Source of the DNA: Nitrospirales bacterium | GTDB lineage: Bacteria; Nitrospirota; Nitrospiria; Nitrospirales; UBA8639 | NCBI GenBank assembly: GCA_963555755.3 | Contig: OY820905.2 | Location: forward strand, 3,296,001 to 3,360,000 | Direction: 5' to 3' | DNA length: 64,000 nucleotides | Shown here: one piece after another, positions 51,901-61,440 of the stretch | Layout of the letters: each line of letters begins with the position of its first letter | Numbering within the stretch: the stretch's first letter is position 1 | Translations under genes and position numbers: made by a program | Notes under the pieces: generated by a model | Told to the model about the DNA's origin: nothing | The model's database searches: none | Seen by the model: the letters and a program-made list of their open reading frames with translations, nothing else

Positions 51901-52233
51901 ACGATTCGACACCCGAAGTAGTGCCGTATCGTTGTTTGTGCCTGCAGGAAAGCGAAGAACAATTTTGGCGGAATTGTACGAACTCTCTCCAAGCATCTTT
52001 TCGAGACCCTCAACGCCTTTGAGCTGTTCTTCCTGTTCATCAACGATTTCACGCTCGACTTCATGCGGACTGGCCCCTTCCCATCGTGTTTCTATCGTGA
52101 TCTCAGGTTTGGACACATCAGGGGTCAGCTGGATTGGGAGTTTGGTCAGAGACACCACGCCGAACAAAACAAGGAGAATCACCCCGACCGTCGTGGTCAC
52201 TGGATATCGGATGGCAGATTGAATAATGGTCAT
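48970..52233 (-). CDS. RND efflux permease (AcrB family)
   Basis: GMLVDNSIVVLEN, GVVVNNAIL, RVRPIMMS. Confidence 0.95.
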   Translation of the reverse strand: MTIIQSAIRYPVTTTVGVILLVLFGVVSLTKLPIQLTPDVSKPEITIETRWEGASPHEVEREIVDEQEEQLKGVEGLEKMLGESSYNSAKIVLRFPAGTNNDTALLRVSNRLNQVKEYPDEVDEPVISSADTRGNAMAWFIFEPLEGNPVNIETMRDFAEDVIKARFERIPGVAASNVYGGRERELRVLVDPGKLAMRSLTVRELAQALDQENRDFSAGDFDEGKRSYVVRTVGEYQSPEDVANVIIARRNGAPVYVRDVAQVSIAYKDPAHVVREMGRNSIAVNAIRETGANILDTMTQLREAVDDLNEDLLKGQGFKLFQIYDETDYVYSSLKLVQQNLIIGSILAITILFLFLRTGSTTLVIGLAIPISIMGTFIALWLLDRNVNVISLAGMTFAAGMLVDNSIVVLENIYRHREAGKPLFQAAYDGTTEVWGAVLASTLTTIAVFVPIVFIEEQAGQLFRDIAIAISAGVGLSLIVSITVIPCLSARLLKTRSHHERSSEIPTSRMKILAHELVDGVHRMVERMGVSSDRLGNFIYWMSGSVPWRIGIVLGLTTLAIGMTWLLLPKAEYLPEGNRNLIIGIVLPPPGYNIGEFIRMGETMERVLAPHWDAQPGSPEEAALDGPSILNFFYVARGRSVFMGGRTNDDSQIRDLIPVFRRAMADIPGVIAIVTQSSLFQRGLGEGRNIDIEITGPELDTLVALGRQIFGQVQEVLPGAQVRPKPSLDLGSPEVRISLKRHRAADVQMTNQELGFIIDALVDGTKASDYQFEGDEIDLTIRGVDHYADRTQELENLPIYTRSGKLTTVGDIADVKLVAGPEQINHIERERAITIQVIPSGQMPLETAMDLIEQQVLLPLKEGGSVGRLYHIQLSGAADELTNTYDALKYNFLLALLITYLLMAALFESFVYPFVIIFSVPLAAAGGILGLYLVNLFVTYQPLDVLTMLGFIILIGVVVNNAILVVHQALNFMDPNRRNLFTSGEVETVGGMSVRQAITESVRSRVRPIMMSMLTTTFGLLPLVLSSGAGSELYRGIGSVVLGGLMLSTVFTLLVVPALFSLVMEWKLKRQGTVTPDEAAQQGVQET

Positions 52234-53339
52234 TGTATTGTTTGCGGTGACTCAAGTATCCGAACAGGTTGTCCTGGAAATAGACGCTCGTTGCCTTCCA
52301 CCACAACGGTCATCCCTTCCTGCACGTCGCCAGTCACTTCGACGAGTTCATCTAAATGCACGACTGACTTCACGGGTACTTGCCCGACCCTGCCTTCATG
52401 AACCAGAAAGACGAATTCCCGCTCTCCGCGAAGAACGAGCGCGTCTTTGGGAATCACCACTCCCTCATGGGGCCGGCCAACCTGAAGGGTGACGCGTGAC
52501 ACCATGCCGCTTTTAATGATGAGGTGAGGATTGGGAATATCGATTTTGACCGGAAAGGTCCTCGCCACTCGATCGGCTTGTGCTACTAACGAAAAGACCT
52601 GGCCTTGGGCTGGAAAATCCGGCAACCCATCGAATGAAGCCTGAACTGGATCTCCAATGTGAATGCCCTGCACGTAGCGTTCCGGGAGCGGCACCTCGAC
52701 TTGCACATGAGACAAATCAACTAATTCAAGGATTGGTCCACCCTCTTCTACCCATTGGCCAATTTCAGTAAATTCTTGTGTGATCCAGCCATCAAACGGC
52801 GCGACAATTTGAGATTTCCTTCGCTGATCTTTCACGCGTCGAATCTCGGCACCTAATTGAAAGAGCCGTTCCCGCAATGCGCCTTCTTCGGTTTGGGCAT
52901 CGTCAAATTCCTTTTGGGTGACGAGTTCTTTGTCAAAGAGGACCCGCACCCGCCCAAGATCTTGTTTAGCTTGACGATAGCGAGTTCGCGCTTCTCGATG
53001 CGAAGCCAAAGCGGAATCCATTTGAATGTTCAACGTCTCGGTGTGCAATCGTGCTAAGAGTTGGCCTTTTGTGACCTGCATGCCTTCTTCCACGGGAAAC
53101 ACATGGACAAGCCCTTTGATTTCACTGGCGACGATGCTACGTTTCCATGGCTCAACCGTGCCGACGAGCGTCACGGATTGTTGAATCAATTGCTTTAAAA
53201 CTGGGGCTACTCGCACTGGCGAAGGCGGGCGGCCTGGTGGGGGCGGGGCCGCTTGCTGTTCGCTGCATGCCGCCGTGATCAAGAGCAGTCCCGCACTGAA
53301 GATGGCAACTAGAATCTGTTGAAATCGAGAGGTGTTCAT
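52230..53339 (-). CDS. RND periplasmic adaptor (MFP) lipoprotein
   Basis: TAAC lipobox, VEEG..V.KGQ, APFDG, RTFPV. Confidence 0.92.
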   Translation of the reverse strand: MNTSRFQQILVAIFSAGLLLITAACSEQQAAPPPPGRPPSPVRVAPVLKQLIQQSVTLVGTVEPWKRSIVASEIKGLVHVFPVEEGMQVTKGQLLARLHTETLNIQMDSALASHREARTRYRQAKQDLGRVRVLFDKELVTQKEFDDAQTEEGALRERLFQLGAEIRRVKDQRRKSQIVAPFDGWITQEFTEIGQWVEEGGPILELVDLSHVQVEVPLPERYVQGIHIGDPVQASFDGLPDFPAQGQVFSLVAQADRVARTFPVKIDIPNPHLIIKSGMVSRVTLQVGRPHEGVVIPKDALVLRGEREFVFLVHEGRVGQVPVKSVVHLDELVEVTGDVQEGMTVVVEGNERLFPGQPVRILESPQTIQ

Positions 53340-53366
53340 GGTTTTTGGGACTACGACAATGATATT

Positions 53367-54017
53367 TTACACGACACGCCTGATGATGCCTGAATGGGTG
53401 TCCTTTTCGATCCCGCTCAAAAATAAGGTACTGATCAGCTCGCATTTATCAACCAAGGACCCACTTGGCTTTGCCTGTAAAATCCCAACATACATGGTGG
53501 AGTTCAACATCCCATGCAGGGCAAAGGCCGCATCTTTTGGGTCAATTTTCCTAAATTCTTTCCTGCGAATCCCTTGGCGAATCAGATCCGTCACCAAGTC
53601 AACCTGGGCCATATACAGTTTCCACACACGTTCTCCAAACGCACTTTTGATGGTCCATTCAAACCCACTCCATTCTGACACGTAAATGCGAAAAAAGTCC
53701 CGGTTGCGGTCCGCGTAATCAAGTTTGACTTGAATGAACGCATTGATTTTGTCACTGGCGGTTTTCGCGAGACTAACTTTTTTATCCAGCAGGCCAGCTA
53801 ATTCTTCTACCTTGTCCTCGACGATGGAGATATAAATCTCTTCCTTGCTTTTGAAGAAGCGGTAGACCGTCCCCATGGCAAACTGCGAAGCCGTGGCAAT
53901 TTCCGCCATGCTGGTTTTAAAAAACCCATTCTTTGAAAACAGGGACTCCGCTGCCGACAGAATGTCTTGCCGCCGAGCCTCGTATTCCCGTTGCTTGCGT
54001 TTGGTCCGTGGGTCCAT
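53367..54017 (-). CDS. TetR/AcrR family regulator
   Basis: ILSAAESLFSKNGF..TSMAEIA..GTVYRFFKSKEE. Confidence 0.92.
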   Translation of the reverse strand: MDPRTKRKQREYEARRQDILSAAESLFSKNGFFKTSMAEIATASQFAMGTVYRFFKSKEEIYISIVEDKVEELAGLLDKKVSLAKTASDKINAFIQVKLDYADRNRDFFRIYVSEWSGFEWTIKSAFGERVWKLYMAQVDLVTDLIRQGIRRKEFRKIDPKDAAFALHGMLNSTMYVGILQAKPSGSLVDKCELISTLFLSGIEKDTHSGIIRRVV

Positions 54018-54043
54018 CAAAAATGAATCAGGTCAATAATAGG

Positions 54044-54098
54044 TGAAGAACTATTCTAGTCTATGAGGAGGAATTCTACAAGCTAGAATAGACATTCA
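54044..54098. promoter_or_regulatory. Inverted repeat upstream of tetR, candidate operator
   Basis: TGAAGAACTATTCTAG ... CTAGAATAGACATTCA (13 of 16 match). Confidence 0.4.
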
Positions 54099-54177
54099 TT
54101 GTGTAAAGATTTGACAGCCTAGGAGCAAGCTGTGACGTGAGAAAAAATATTATTCTGAGGACTTGGAAGAATCGTTA

Positions 54178-54951
54178 GGGTCCGTAAAGAAATAAGTGGT
54201 ACATGAAGACACGTAGATTTAGGTCAGATTTGGTCGATCTGAATGAGAGGAACCGGAGGAATAGTTGTGCTATTTTGAACCTAGAAACGGCAGTTGGGCG
54301 CAAAAAAGACGTGTAAGATATTGGTGTGCATGGTGAAATACAAAAAGTCGTGGTCACCTTAGGGTTCGCGCAAGAATACCTTCCCCGGTTTGGGCGTCGA
54401 TCCATCCCGTCTGACGGCGTTGCTCGTTCTTTCCATACGAGGAGTATGCGCAGTCCTCGCGCCTTGCCAGACAGGTGTCTCAGCACCCAAACCGGGGAAG
54501 GTATTCTTGCGCGAACCCTCCGTGGTGATGAGACATTTTTGTATTTTATCAGGTGCGCTCAGGGTCCGTCATGAAATAACCAGTACAATTGGGAGGCCCA
54601 GATTTGTGATCGGGGCAAGGCGCGACGAGAGAGCCTAGCGGGGCTATGTGATCGAGGAGCAACGCCGCCCCGGGCCAAAGATGGGCCTCCCCGGAGGGCC
54701 GGACGCTTTTGGGCTCGGCCGGCGTTGCTCATCGCTTCCATACTCCCGGTATGCGCGCTCTTCGCTCCTTGGCTCGCTTCAAAATCCTCTCGGCCAATTG
54801 TACTGGTTATTTTCTCGCAGGTCCTAAGAGCTTGCGCGGACTTTTGTGATCCAACTGCGGTTTCTAGGTTGAAGGTTTCTCGATTGAAGATCGGCCAAAG
54901 ATGGCCTGAAGATGAGATGTGTAAATGTACGACTTATTTCTTTACGGACCC
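54178..54951. mobile_element. Nested MITE composite: outer element containing family B, which contains families C and D
   Basis: Outer TIR GGGTCCGTAAAGAAATAAGT with TTA duplication; B 54279-54869; C 54362-54518; D 54562-54824. Confidence 0.85.
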
Positions 54952-55622
54952 TTAGGTCCAGGAAGAGCGGGGATTTCGGAATTCGATGGGGAATCGTTGT
55001 CAGAACCATTATTGACTCCACCAGACACCCCACCAGAGACGATAAAGGCCATGACTTCTGAACTCTCGGCGTCGAGGGGTCGAACTTGATCTTTGGGAAA
55101 CACCAATAAATTACCGGCGAAATTGTACGACTGCGGGAAATAGACGGCCACATGATCTTTCAGGCCAAACATATCCATACTTTTCCTCGTGACAAACCCG
55201 ATGGCCTTAGCATGTCCACCAGGAATTAGGGAAACCATGACTGGCTCATTAAACCGCTTTTTTTCACCCATAAACGCGTCAATGAGGTCTTTCAGTGAGG
55301 TATAGAGCAGTTTGATAAAGGGCGTTCGAGTCAACAATTTCTCAAACGATCCGAGTGCCCCTTGGAAAAACACATTTGAAGCCAGCCGTCCAGTCAGGGT
55401 AATCAAAATGATGGTGATCAGAAATCCCAGTCCTGGGATGGGGAGGTTCAACCATCCGTCAATCAATTCGAACACTTTGAGTACGACGACAATGGTGACG
55501 ACGACGGGAACTAAAAGAAAGAGGCCTTCAAAGAAATTCTTCGTCAGATCGTTAATATCCCAACGTTTGGGGACGGCTTCGTTTTTGAGAGATTTGAGGA
55601 CTTCTTTCCAGTCAACAGCCAT
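54942..55622 (-). CDS. DUF502 family membrane protein
   Basis: F.EGL..LVP..VT, PGLG, P.IK.LY.S.K, IGFVT, VYFPQS..G, SGG. Confidence 0.88.
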   Translation of the reverse strand: MAVDWKEVLKSLKNEAVPKRWDINDLTKNFFEGLFLLVPVVVTIVVVLKVFELIDGWLNLPIPGLGFLITIILITLTGRLASNVFFQGALGSFEKLLTRTPFIKLLYTSLKDLIDAFMGEKKRFNEPVMVSLIPGGHAKAIGFVTRKSMDMFGLKDHVAVYFPQSYNFAGNLLVFPKDQVRPLDAESSEVMAFIVSGGVSGGVNNGSDNDSPSNSEIPALPGPKGP

Positions 55623-55660
55623 GTCTATTGTCCTTCCAGATGAATTTCTATCACATCTAA

Positions 55661-56143
55661 GGGGCCGTCACGAAATAACCGGTACAATTGGGAGGCCAAG
55701 ATTTGTGATCGGGGCAAGGCGCGACGAGGGGAGCCTAGCGGGGCTCTGTGACCGAGGAGCAACGCCACCCTGGGCCAAAGATGGGTCTCCCCGAAGGGCC
55801 GGACGCTTGTGGGCTGCGCCGGCGTCGCTCATCGCTTCCATACTGGGAATGTTGAAAAAAGCCGCCAGCGGCGTTCTCGCCCTTTTGCCGTGCTCACGTA
55901 CTGAGAGTACGCTCCGCGCGTCAAAAGGGCTGCGGCCTTGCTGGATAGACCCTTCGGAAAGACTCAGGGCATGCTTTTTTGAACATTCCCTCCAGCTGAT
56001 GATGGCTGTCTCCTCTTGGGCATGTATTTGCCCTGGGAATGAAATTTTCAACAGTTCCATACTCCCGGTATGCGCGTTCTTCGCTCCTTGGCTCGCTCCA
56101 AAATCGTCTCGGTCAATTGTCCCGGTTATTTCGTGACGGACCC
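55661..56143. repeat. MITE family D with a family A element inserted (55845-56058)
   Basis: GGGGCCGTCACGAAATAACC / GGTTATTTCGTGACGGACCC; ttccatact duplicated around the insert. Confidence 0.8.
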
Positions 56144-56225
56144 TTTGTATTCATCGAGCAAATCCTCGTGATTCTTGACTCTACCCCCCAATGATGGTTG
56201 AGACAAGGGGGTAGAAAATGCCTAA

Positions 56226-56546
56226 GGGTTCGCGCAAGAATAACTTCCCCTGTTTGGGTGCTGAGACGCCTGTCTAGGAGCCTGTCCGACATTAGCGGAT
56301 CTACTGCGATTGCGCTGGATTTGGCCAGCTTTTCCGATCGTTTTCGTTAAATAGTCACCACTATTCGCCTCAAACGATCGAAAAAGCTGCCTCAAACCAG
56401 CACAATCTCGCGATGATCCCTAATGTCGGACAGGCTCCTAGCAAGGCGCGAGGACTGCGCATACTCTTGGTATGGAAAGGACGAGCAACGCCGCCAGGCG
56501 GGATGGATCGACGTCCAAACAGGGGAAGTTATTCTTGCGCGAACCC
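56226..56546. repeat. MITE family C with a family E element inserted (56278-56437)
   Basis: C TIR GGGTTCGCGCAAGAATAACTTCCCCTGTTTGG with TAA duplication; E TIR GAGCCTGTCCGACATTAG with CTAG duplication. Confidence 0.85.
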
Positions 56547-56635
56547 TAACTCGGCGAGTTTTCACAATTTGACACACAGGACTGGAAGTCGTCAGATTAG
56601 AGACAAATCATTGTTCACAAAGAAGGAGAATCGTC

Positions 56636-56905
56636 TTGGGAGAAAAACAACCTCCAGCCCAACAGTCTGAAACCTCGGAACCTCAGAAGCGTCCCGTTGA
56701 AACGGAGATTCTCAACGTTAACGTGGAACGGAAAGGACAGCAAGTCAGCGCCAAGTGGGGATTGCATCCGAGCCTAAAAAGCGAGTTAACCCCAGAGGAA
56801 TGGAACGAGCTCACCGACGCGATGGGCAAAGTCACAGATATTGTCGGCAAACGTTTCGTGGAAGTCTTGGCCCGAGGGCAGAAGGAAGCGGGCGGCACCG
56901 CCTAA
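56636..56905 (+). CDS. Hypothetical protein
   Basis: AAGGAG RBS before TTG; protein-like composition. Confidence 0.6.
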   Translation: MGEKQPPAQQSETSEPQKRPVETEILNVNVERKGQQVSAKWGLHPSLKSELTPEEWNELTDAMGKVTDIVGKRFVEVLARGQKEAGGTA

Positions 56906-56946
56906 TCACGTAACGGTTCCCACCTTATCAATAATGATTTTAGGTT

Positions 56947-57312
56947 TTAGCTGGGTTTAGTTCCAGCAAAGGCGGCCCCTAACCCCCGTGGATCGCCACC
57001 TTCCAATCCGACCACCTTTGCGGTTAAGGGACGATTCGGTCTGGAAAAGAAGGACACCTTGGGATGTTGATCCCCTTCGATGACATGGGAAGTGGTCACG
57101 ATATACGCGGCATCAGTTTCCACCCGAATAAAGATCCCGGTACCAACTTGCCGTTTCCCGTCAACCGTTGAGGTGATGTTCACCACGCCCTGTTTGAGTT
57201 CTTGAATCGGAGGCGCGGAACTCGAATCAGAGAGGGGCCATACACCGGTCAGGAGCACAAAGATAGTAACTGAAATCGATAACTTAGGAAAAAGAATTTT
57301 CGGAAGGCCCAT
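56947..57312 (-). pseudogene. Truncated trypsin-like serine protease (N-terminal part)
   Basis: Signal peptide, GVVNI, GTGI, YIVTTSHVI; ends before the catalytic Ser motif. Confidence 0.6.
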
Positions 57313-57642
57313 GCTTCAATCTTTGACAAAGGTGCTAGGTTTTCGAAGCCATAAGATTACCATCTTTAGGGGAAAAATGAGAACGGTGTTTCTGGGGAAG
57401 AATCCCATCTTTTAACGAGGCGAGAGTGTGGTGTTGAGGGACCTGACAAAATAGTTGCTTCGCTACGTGTCAGAATAAATGCTGCTCTGGCGGAAATTCA
57501 CAACCCACTTTGGTCTTTCCATTAACAGGTGCGACGATTTTCACCACGGAGGAGTTCACATCTCCGATCAACTGTGCATCTGCCTGATGAGGGTACAAAA
57601 AGGTCCCAAGACTGAACACTAGTAGCCACAGGCTCCTAGGGG

Positions 57643-58563
57643 TTATAATCCTCCCCGGTCTTTCCGCGGAATCGTTAATTTCGCGTTGATGAATTCTTGA
57701 TGTGGGAGTTCGAGTGCCTTGGCGATGTGGCGGATTTCTTCAATCTCCGCATGGGAGGTTTGATCGGCTGCGTTGGCAATGGCAAAAAGGCATCTCAAAA
57801 ACGCTTTCCGTTCATCGACTGTTGTGTAGTTGCAAAAGCCCCAGGTGAGCCGAACGATATCAAGGCCGTGCATGATCCGGGCATGACTCATTTCCGTGAT
57901 GAGGTCGGCTTCCTCCTTCGGCATGTTCCATATTTGTTGGAGTGTCAGGCTCATGACTTCCCGTTCTCTATCACACACCTCATTGTCCACCCAGGCCACA
58001 TGGGCCATCAAGCCTGCGGCCAAACATATTTTTCGCACTTCTTCTTCAGGCAGATTGATGGCGTGGCCCCGAGCCTCCAATTCTGAAGACAGTTGAAAGT
58101 AAATTGTGTTCTTGATGAAATCTTCGATCCGGTCTTCGCGAGAGGACTTGCCTGTATAATGGCTGGCCCGAGATTGCAGCGTTTTCCGAAACGGGCTCAG
58201 GAGATGCGCCAACAGGCCTGGACTCTTTGTGTCCAAATCTTGTCGAATCGTTTTGATTACCTCGGCATTGGCTGCCCCGCCTTCAACGGCAACCAGCTTT
58301 TCGAGGGTATCGAGTACCAGTTGCTTCTCCCCGGATGTCCGAATGCCATTCAACACCCGATCCAACAGGTCCTGGCGTTCCGCGTCGGTGACTGCATGGG
58401 TCATATAGATTTCGAGTTGGCTCCAATCCTCGCCGGAAATATCCGGGAGTAGAAAGAGGAGTTCTTTTAGGGCATTCATTTCTTCTGGATGCAGTTTCCC
58501 ATCAGCCCACGCAATGCCAATCATGAGTTTTCCCAGGTCTAAAATAAAGTCCTTGTTCGCCAT
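57643..58563 (-). CDS. TerB-family protein with two TerB-like domains
   Basis: IAWADG.L..EE; VAWVD...REREV; IANAAD...EIEEIRHIAKAL. Confidence 0.8.
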   Translation of the reverse strand: MANKDFILDLGKLMIGIAWADGKLHPEEMNALKELLFLLPDISGEDWSQLEIYMTHAVTDAERQDLLDRVLNGIRTSGEKQLVLDTLEKLVAVEGGAANAEVIKTIRQDLDTKSPGLLAHLLSPFRKTLQSRASHYTGKSSREDRIEDFIKNTIYFQLSSELEARGHAINLPEEEVRKICLAAGLMAHVAWVDNEVCDREREVMSLTLQQIWNMPKEEADLITEMSHARIMHGLDIVRLTWGFCNYTTVDERKAFLRCLFAIANAADQTSHAEIEEIRHIAKALELPHQEFINAKLTIPRKDRGGL

Positions 58564-58650
58564 TATGTACTCCTTTTCGTGTGAAAGACGTGGTCGCGTT
58601 GACACTCAAAAGAGTCTTTCTATAGCATCTTTTCCTTGGGTTTGTCTTGA

Positions 58651-58792
58651 GGGCACCTCTAAAAACCAGGCATTTTTTGTGAGGGCTAAGGAAGCCGCGC
58701 GCGGAAAACCGGAGTGTATGGGCGAATACATGAGGATGTGAGCACGCGACTGACGCCGCCATCACGGAAAAGGACGGTTTTTAGAGGTGCCC
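58651..58792. repeat. MITE family F, inverted relative to 33995
   Basis: Same TIR, TTGA duplication. Confidence 0.85.
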
Positions 58793-58917
58793 TTGAGTCT
58801 TTAATTAGGGTCCACCCATCTTGGTGGTTTAGGGATTTGTGTGCCTGATTCATCTTCATCAACTTAATGGATTGAAACTCTTCAGAATTTCCTTTTTTCC
58901 AGCCTAATGCATCTTCT

Positions 58918-60462
58918 ATGAGTACACCTTCGACGACAGCCTTTTCTTCCTGCTCACGCTGGTGGTTTTTCGCCACGGCTTTTACGACCGGGGGCGTAGT
59001 CATGGCCTTGGAGATCCTGGGCAGCCGATTATTGGCTCCGGTCTTTGGCACGTCCCTTTTTGTGTGGGGTGCCTTGATTGGCGTGGTATTAGCCGCGATG
59101 AGCACCGGCTATGCCACGGGTGGATGGTTAGCCGATCGTCGATCGCCCGGCGTCGTGATAACCGTTCTTCTTCTCGGGTCTGGGGTGTGGACGCTCATAT
59201 TGGCGGGAGTGGGACAGCCTGTGGTCTTTACCGTTTCACAATGGGTCGATGATCCACGTTGGGGGCCCTGTTTTGCTGCAGGAGTGTTACTGGCAGTCCC
59301 GGCATTTTGCTTGAGCGGCGTCCTGCCTGCCTTGCTGCGTTTGGCTACGGCAGACATGGGTCATTTGGGTCGGCATACGGGAGGAATGATTGCTGTCTCA
59401 ACCGTAGGGAGCCTCGTTGGCACGTGGGGCACATCGTTTTTTCTACTTACCTGGATGGGGAGTCTCAAGCTGATTGCGGCTCTGGGGGTCGTCTTAATCG
59501 TGTTTGGACTGTGTTGGTGGGTGTGGACGGGTCGGGCCAAAGCGTTGGTGCTGGTACCGGTGATCGGCAGTCTGAGTATGGCGATTTGGTTTGGGTTTCA
59601 CCCGATCTTGATTCAACTGCCTGCGATTTATCAGGAAGATAGCCCCTATCAGCAGGTGCGCGTTCGCGATGAGAAAGGCCTGAGATTTCTAATCTTGGAT
59701 AACACATTCCATGCCATCATGTGGCAGCCGGATCCAGTTCGTCTCGCGTTGCCATACAGCCAAATGATGATGGCGGTGCTTGGCCTTCACCCCGACCCTC
59801 AGCAAGGGTTGATTCTTGGACAAGGTGGTGGATCATTGGCTAAATGGCTGCAGAAATATTGGCCGAAATTGGAAATGGATGTTGTGGAAATGGATCCGTC
59901 AGTAGTGAAAGCGGCGGAAGAGTTTTTTGAATATACCCCTGGCGATGGTCATCAGGTCTATGTTCAAGATGCTCGTGTATTTTTACGACACACGGAGAAA
60001 CACTACGATATTATTTGGGTGGACGTGTTTGCCCGTCACCAAATCCCTTTTCATCTCACCACCCAAGAATTTTTCTCGGAACTGCGTGCCCGTCTCACGC
60101 CTCAAGGGGTTATCGCGGTCAACCTGGCCTCATCGGATTCAGCGTTAGATCGGAGACGAGCCGAAGCGGTGGTGACCACCATGAAAACGTCGTTCCCGCA
60201 TGTGGAATCTTTTAGCATCCCTGGCCCCTCATGGTTACGAACGACAAAAGGATCGGCAAATGTGATCTTTTTCGCGTCGTCGGATCCCTTGAACATGCGT
60301 TCTCCGGATTTTGCGAATGCCACCATCAGCCTGTTGAACCAAGGAAAGATGCCACATGAAGTGTTCCCCCTTTTAAACTCAGCAGAATCCCCTCAATGGC
60401 AACCCGGCCTGATTCTCACCGACGACTTTTCTCCCTTCAATATTCTTCTTGGTAGTGGATGA
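58918..60462 (+). CDS. Fused membrane domain/spermidine synthase-like methyltransferase
   Basis: MALEILGSRLLAPVFG, SPYQ, ILGQGGG, VEMDP, DAR, HLTT.EF, TDD. Confidence 0.88.
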   Translation: MSTPSTTAFSSCSRWWFFATAFTTGGVVMALEILGSRLLAPVFGTSLFVWGALIGVVLAAMSTGYATGGWLADRRSPGVVITVLLLGSGVWTLILAGVGQPVVFTVSQWVDDPRWGPCFAAGVLLAVPAFCLSGVLPALLRLATADMGHLGRHTGGMIAVSTVGSLVGTWGTSFFLLTWMGSLKLIAALGVVLIVFGLCWWVWTGRAKALVLVPVIGSLSMAIWFGFHPILIQLPAIYQEDSPYQQVRVRDEKGLRFLILDNTFHAIMWQPDPVRLALPYSQMMMAVLGLHPDPQQGLILGQGGGSLAKWLQKYWPKLEMDVVEMDPSVVKAAEEFFEYTPGDGHQVYVQDARVFLRHTEKHYDIIWVDVFARHQIPFHLTTQEFFSELRARLTPQGVIAVNLASSDSALDRRRAEAVVTTMKTSFPHVESFSIPGPSWLRTTKGSANVIFFASSDPLNMRSPDFANATISLLNQGKMPHEVFPLLNSAESPQWQPGLILTDDFSPFNILLGSG

Positions 60463-60693
60463 TCATCACTGATTAGCCTGATCTTCTCTCAATTCACATC
60501 ACAATCTTCCTTCTCTCCCAACCCGCCTATAATAAAGGAATGAGTCTCAGAAGCCGAAGGAACGTCGTAGGGTGTCCTATTTTGGGGTCACGTGAGCCCA
60601 AAATGTCACTCCTAGTCTCCAGCTAGCGGTCTAGGGGTATGACGTCTACCTATTATGAATGGATTGGCCTTGAATTTGGAGGGGTAGAGAAAC

Positions 60694-61416
60694 ATGAGTA
60701 CTGAAAAAATGACCATGCCTCAAGGTGGTACTGTGGATGCTTCCCCAGAGACGCAGTCTGGCATGTGGCCGCGCATCTTTCCATTTGCGGCTTATATGGG
60801 GTTTATCGGCCTCAGTGCGGTGTTAGTTGGCAGTGAAGCTGAAGGAACCTTCGATTTATGGTCATACCCAATCAAAACACTAGTGGTCGCCGGCCTGTTG
60901 GTGTTTTTCTGGTCTCGATTTCAGGAATTGAAGTCGCCTATTTTTGTGAATTGGCAGGAAGCGTTGGTCACGGTTGGGGTGGGGTTGGGTGTCTACGCAC
61001 TTTGGGTTCGTATGGATTGGCCCTGGGCCATTCAAGGGGAATTATCAGATTACAATCCCTTTGTGGCGGGTTCCACGCTTGGACTGGTCCTGGCAATCAT
61101 TCGCATTTTTGGCGCCTCGGTGATCGTTCCAATTATGGAAGAACTGTTTTGGCGATCGTTTTTGATTCGCTATATCGTCAATGCCAATTTTGAAACGGTT
61201 CGATTGGGCACCTTCACCATTGGATCGTTTGCGGCGACGGTGGTGCTCTTCGGGTTAGAACATAATCTTTGGCTGGCCGGAATGATGGCGGGAATCTGCT
61301 ACAGCGGGCTGTTGTATTGGACGGGTCGTTTGTGGCCCTGCATTATCGCGCACGGTATTACAAATTTCGTACTTGGCATTCATGTCCTCACCACCGGAGA
61401 ATGGTACTGGTGGTGA
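60694..61416 (+). CDS. CAAX/CPBP intramembrane protease-related protein (PEP-CTERM-associated type)
   Basis: PF..YM, YP.K, VPIMEELFWRSFL, FGLEH, AHGITN. Confidence 0.85.
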   Translation: MSTEKMTMPQGGTVDASPETQSGMWPRIFPFAAYMGFIGLSAVLVGSEAEGTFDLWSYPIKTLVVAGLLVFFWSRFQELKSPIFVNWQEALVTVGVGLGVYALWVRMDWPWAIQGELSDYNPFVAGSTLGLVLAIIRIFGASVIVPIMEELFWRSFLIRYIVNANFETVRLGTFTIGSFAATVVLFGLEHNLWLAGMMAGICYSGLLYWTGRLWPCIIAHGITNFVLGIHVLTTGEWYWW

Positions 61417-61440
61417 GGCAGGTTGTTCAATCTTGGCGGG

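Noticed and set aside
54175..56670. Numerous 60-274 aa ORFs
   Set aside because: They lie in palindromic MITE DNA or antisense to DUF502
57436..57640. Possible IS end GGGGACCTGACAAAATAG
   Set aside because: No matching opposite end or transposase found; too weak to call
60572..60610. Hairpin upstream of the CAAX protease gene as a riboswitch
   Set aside because: A single stem with no recognisable aptamer consensus
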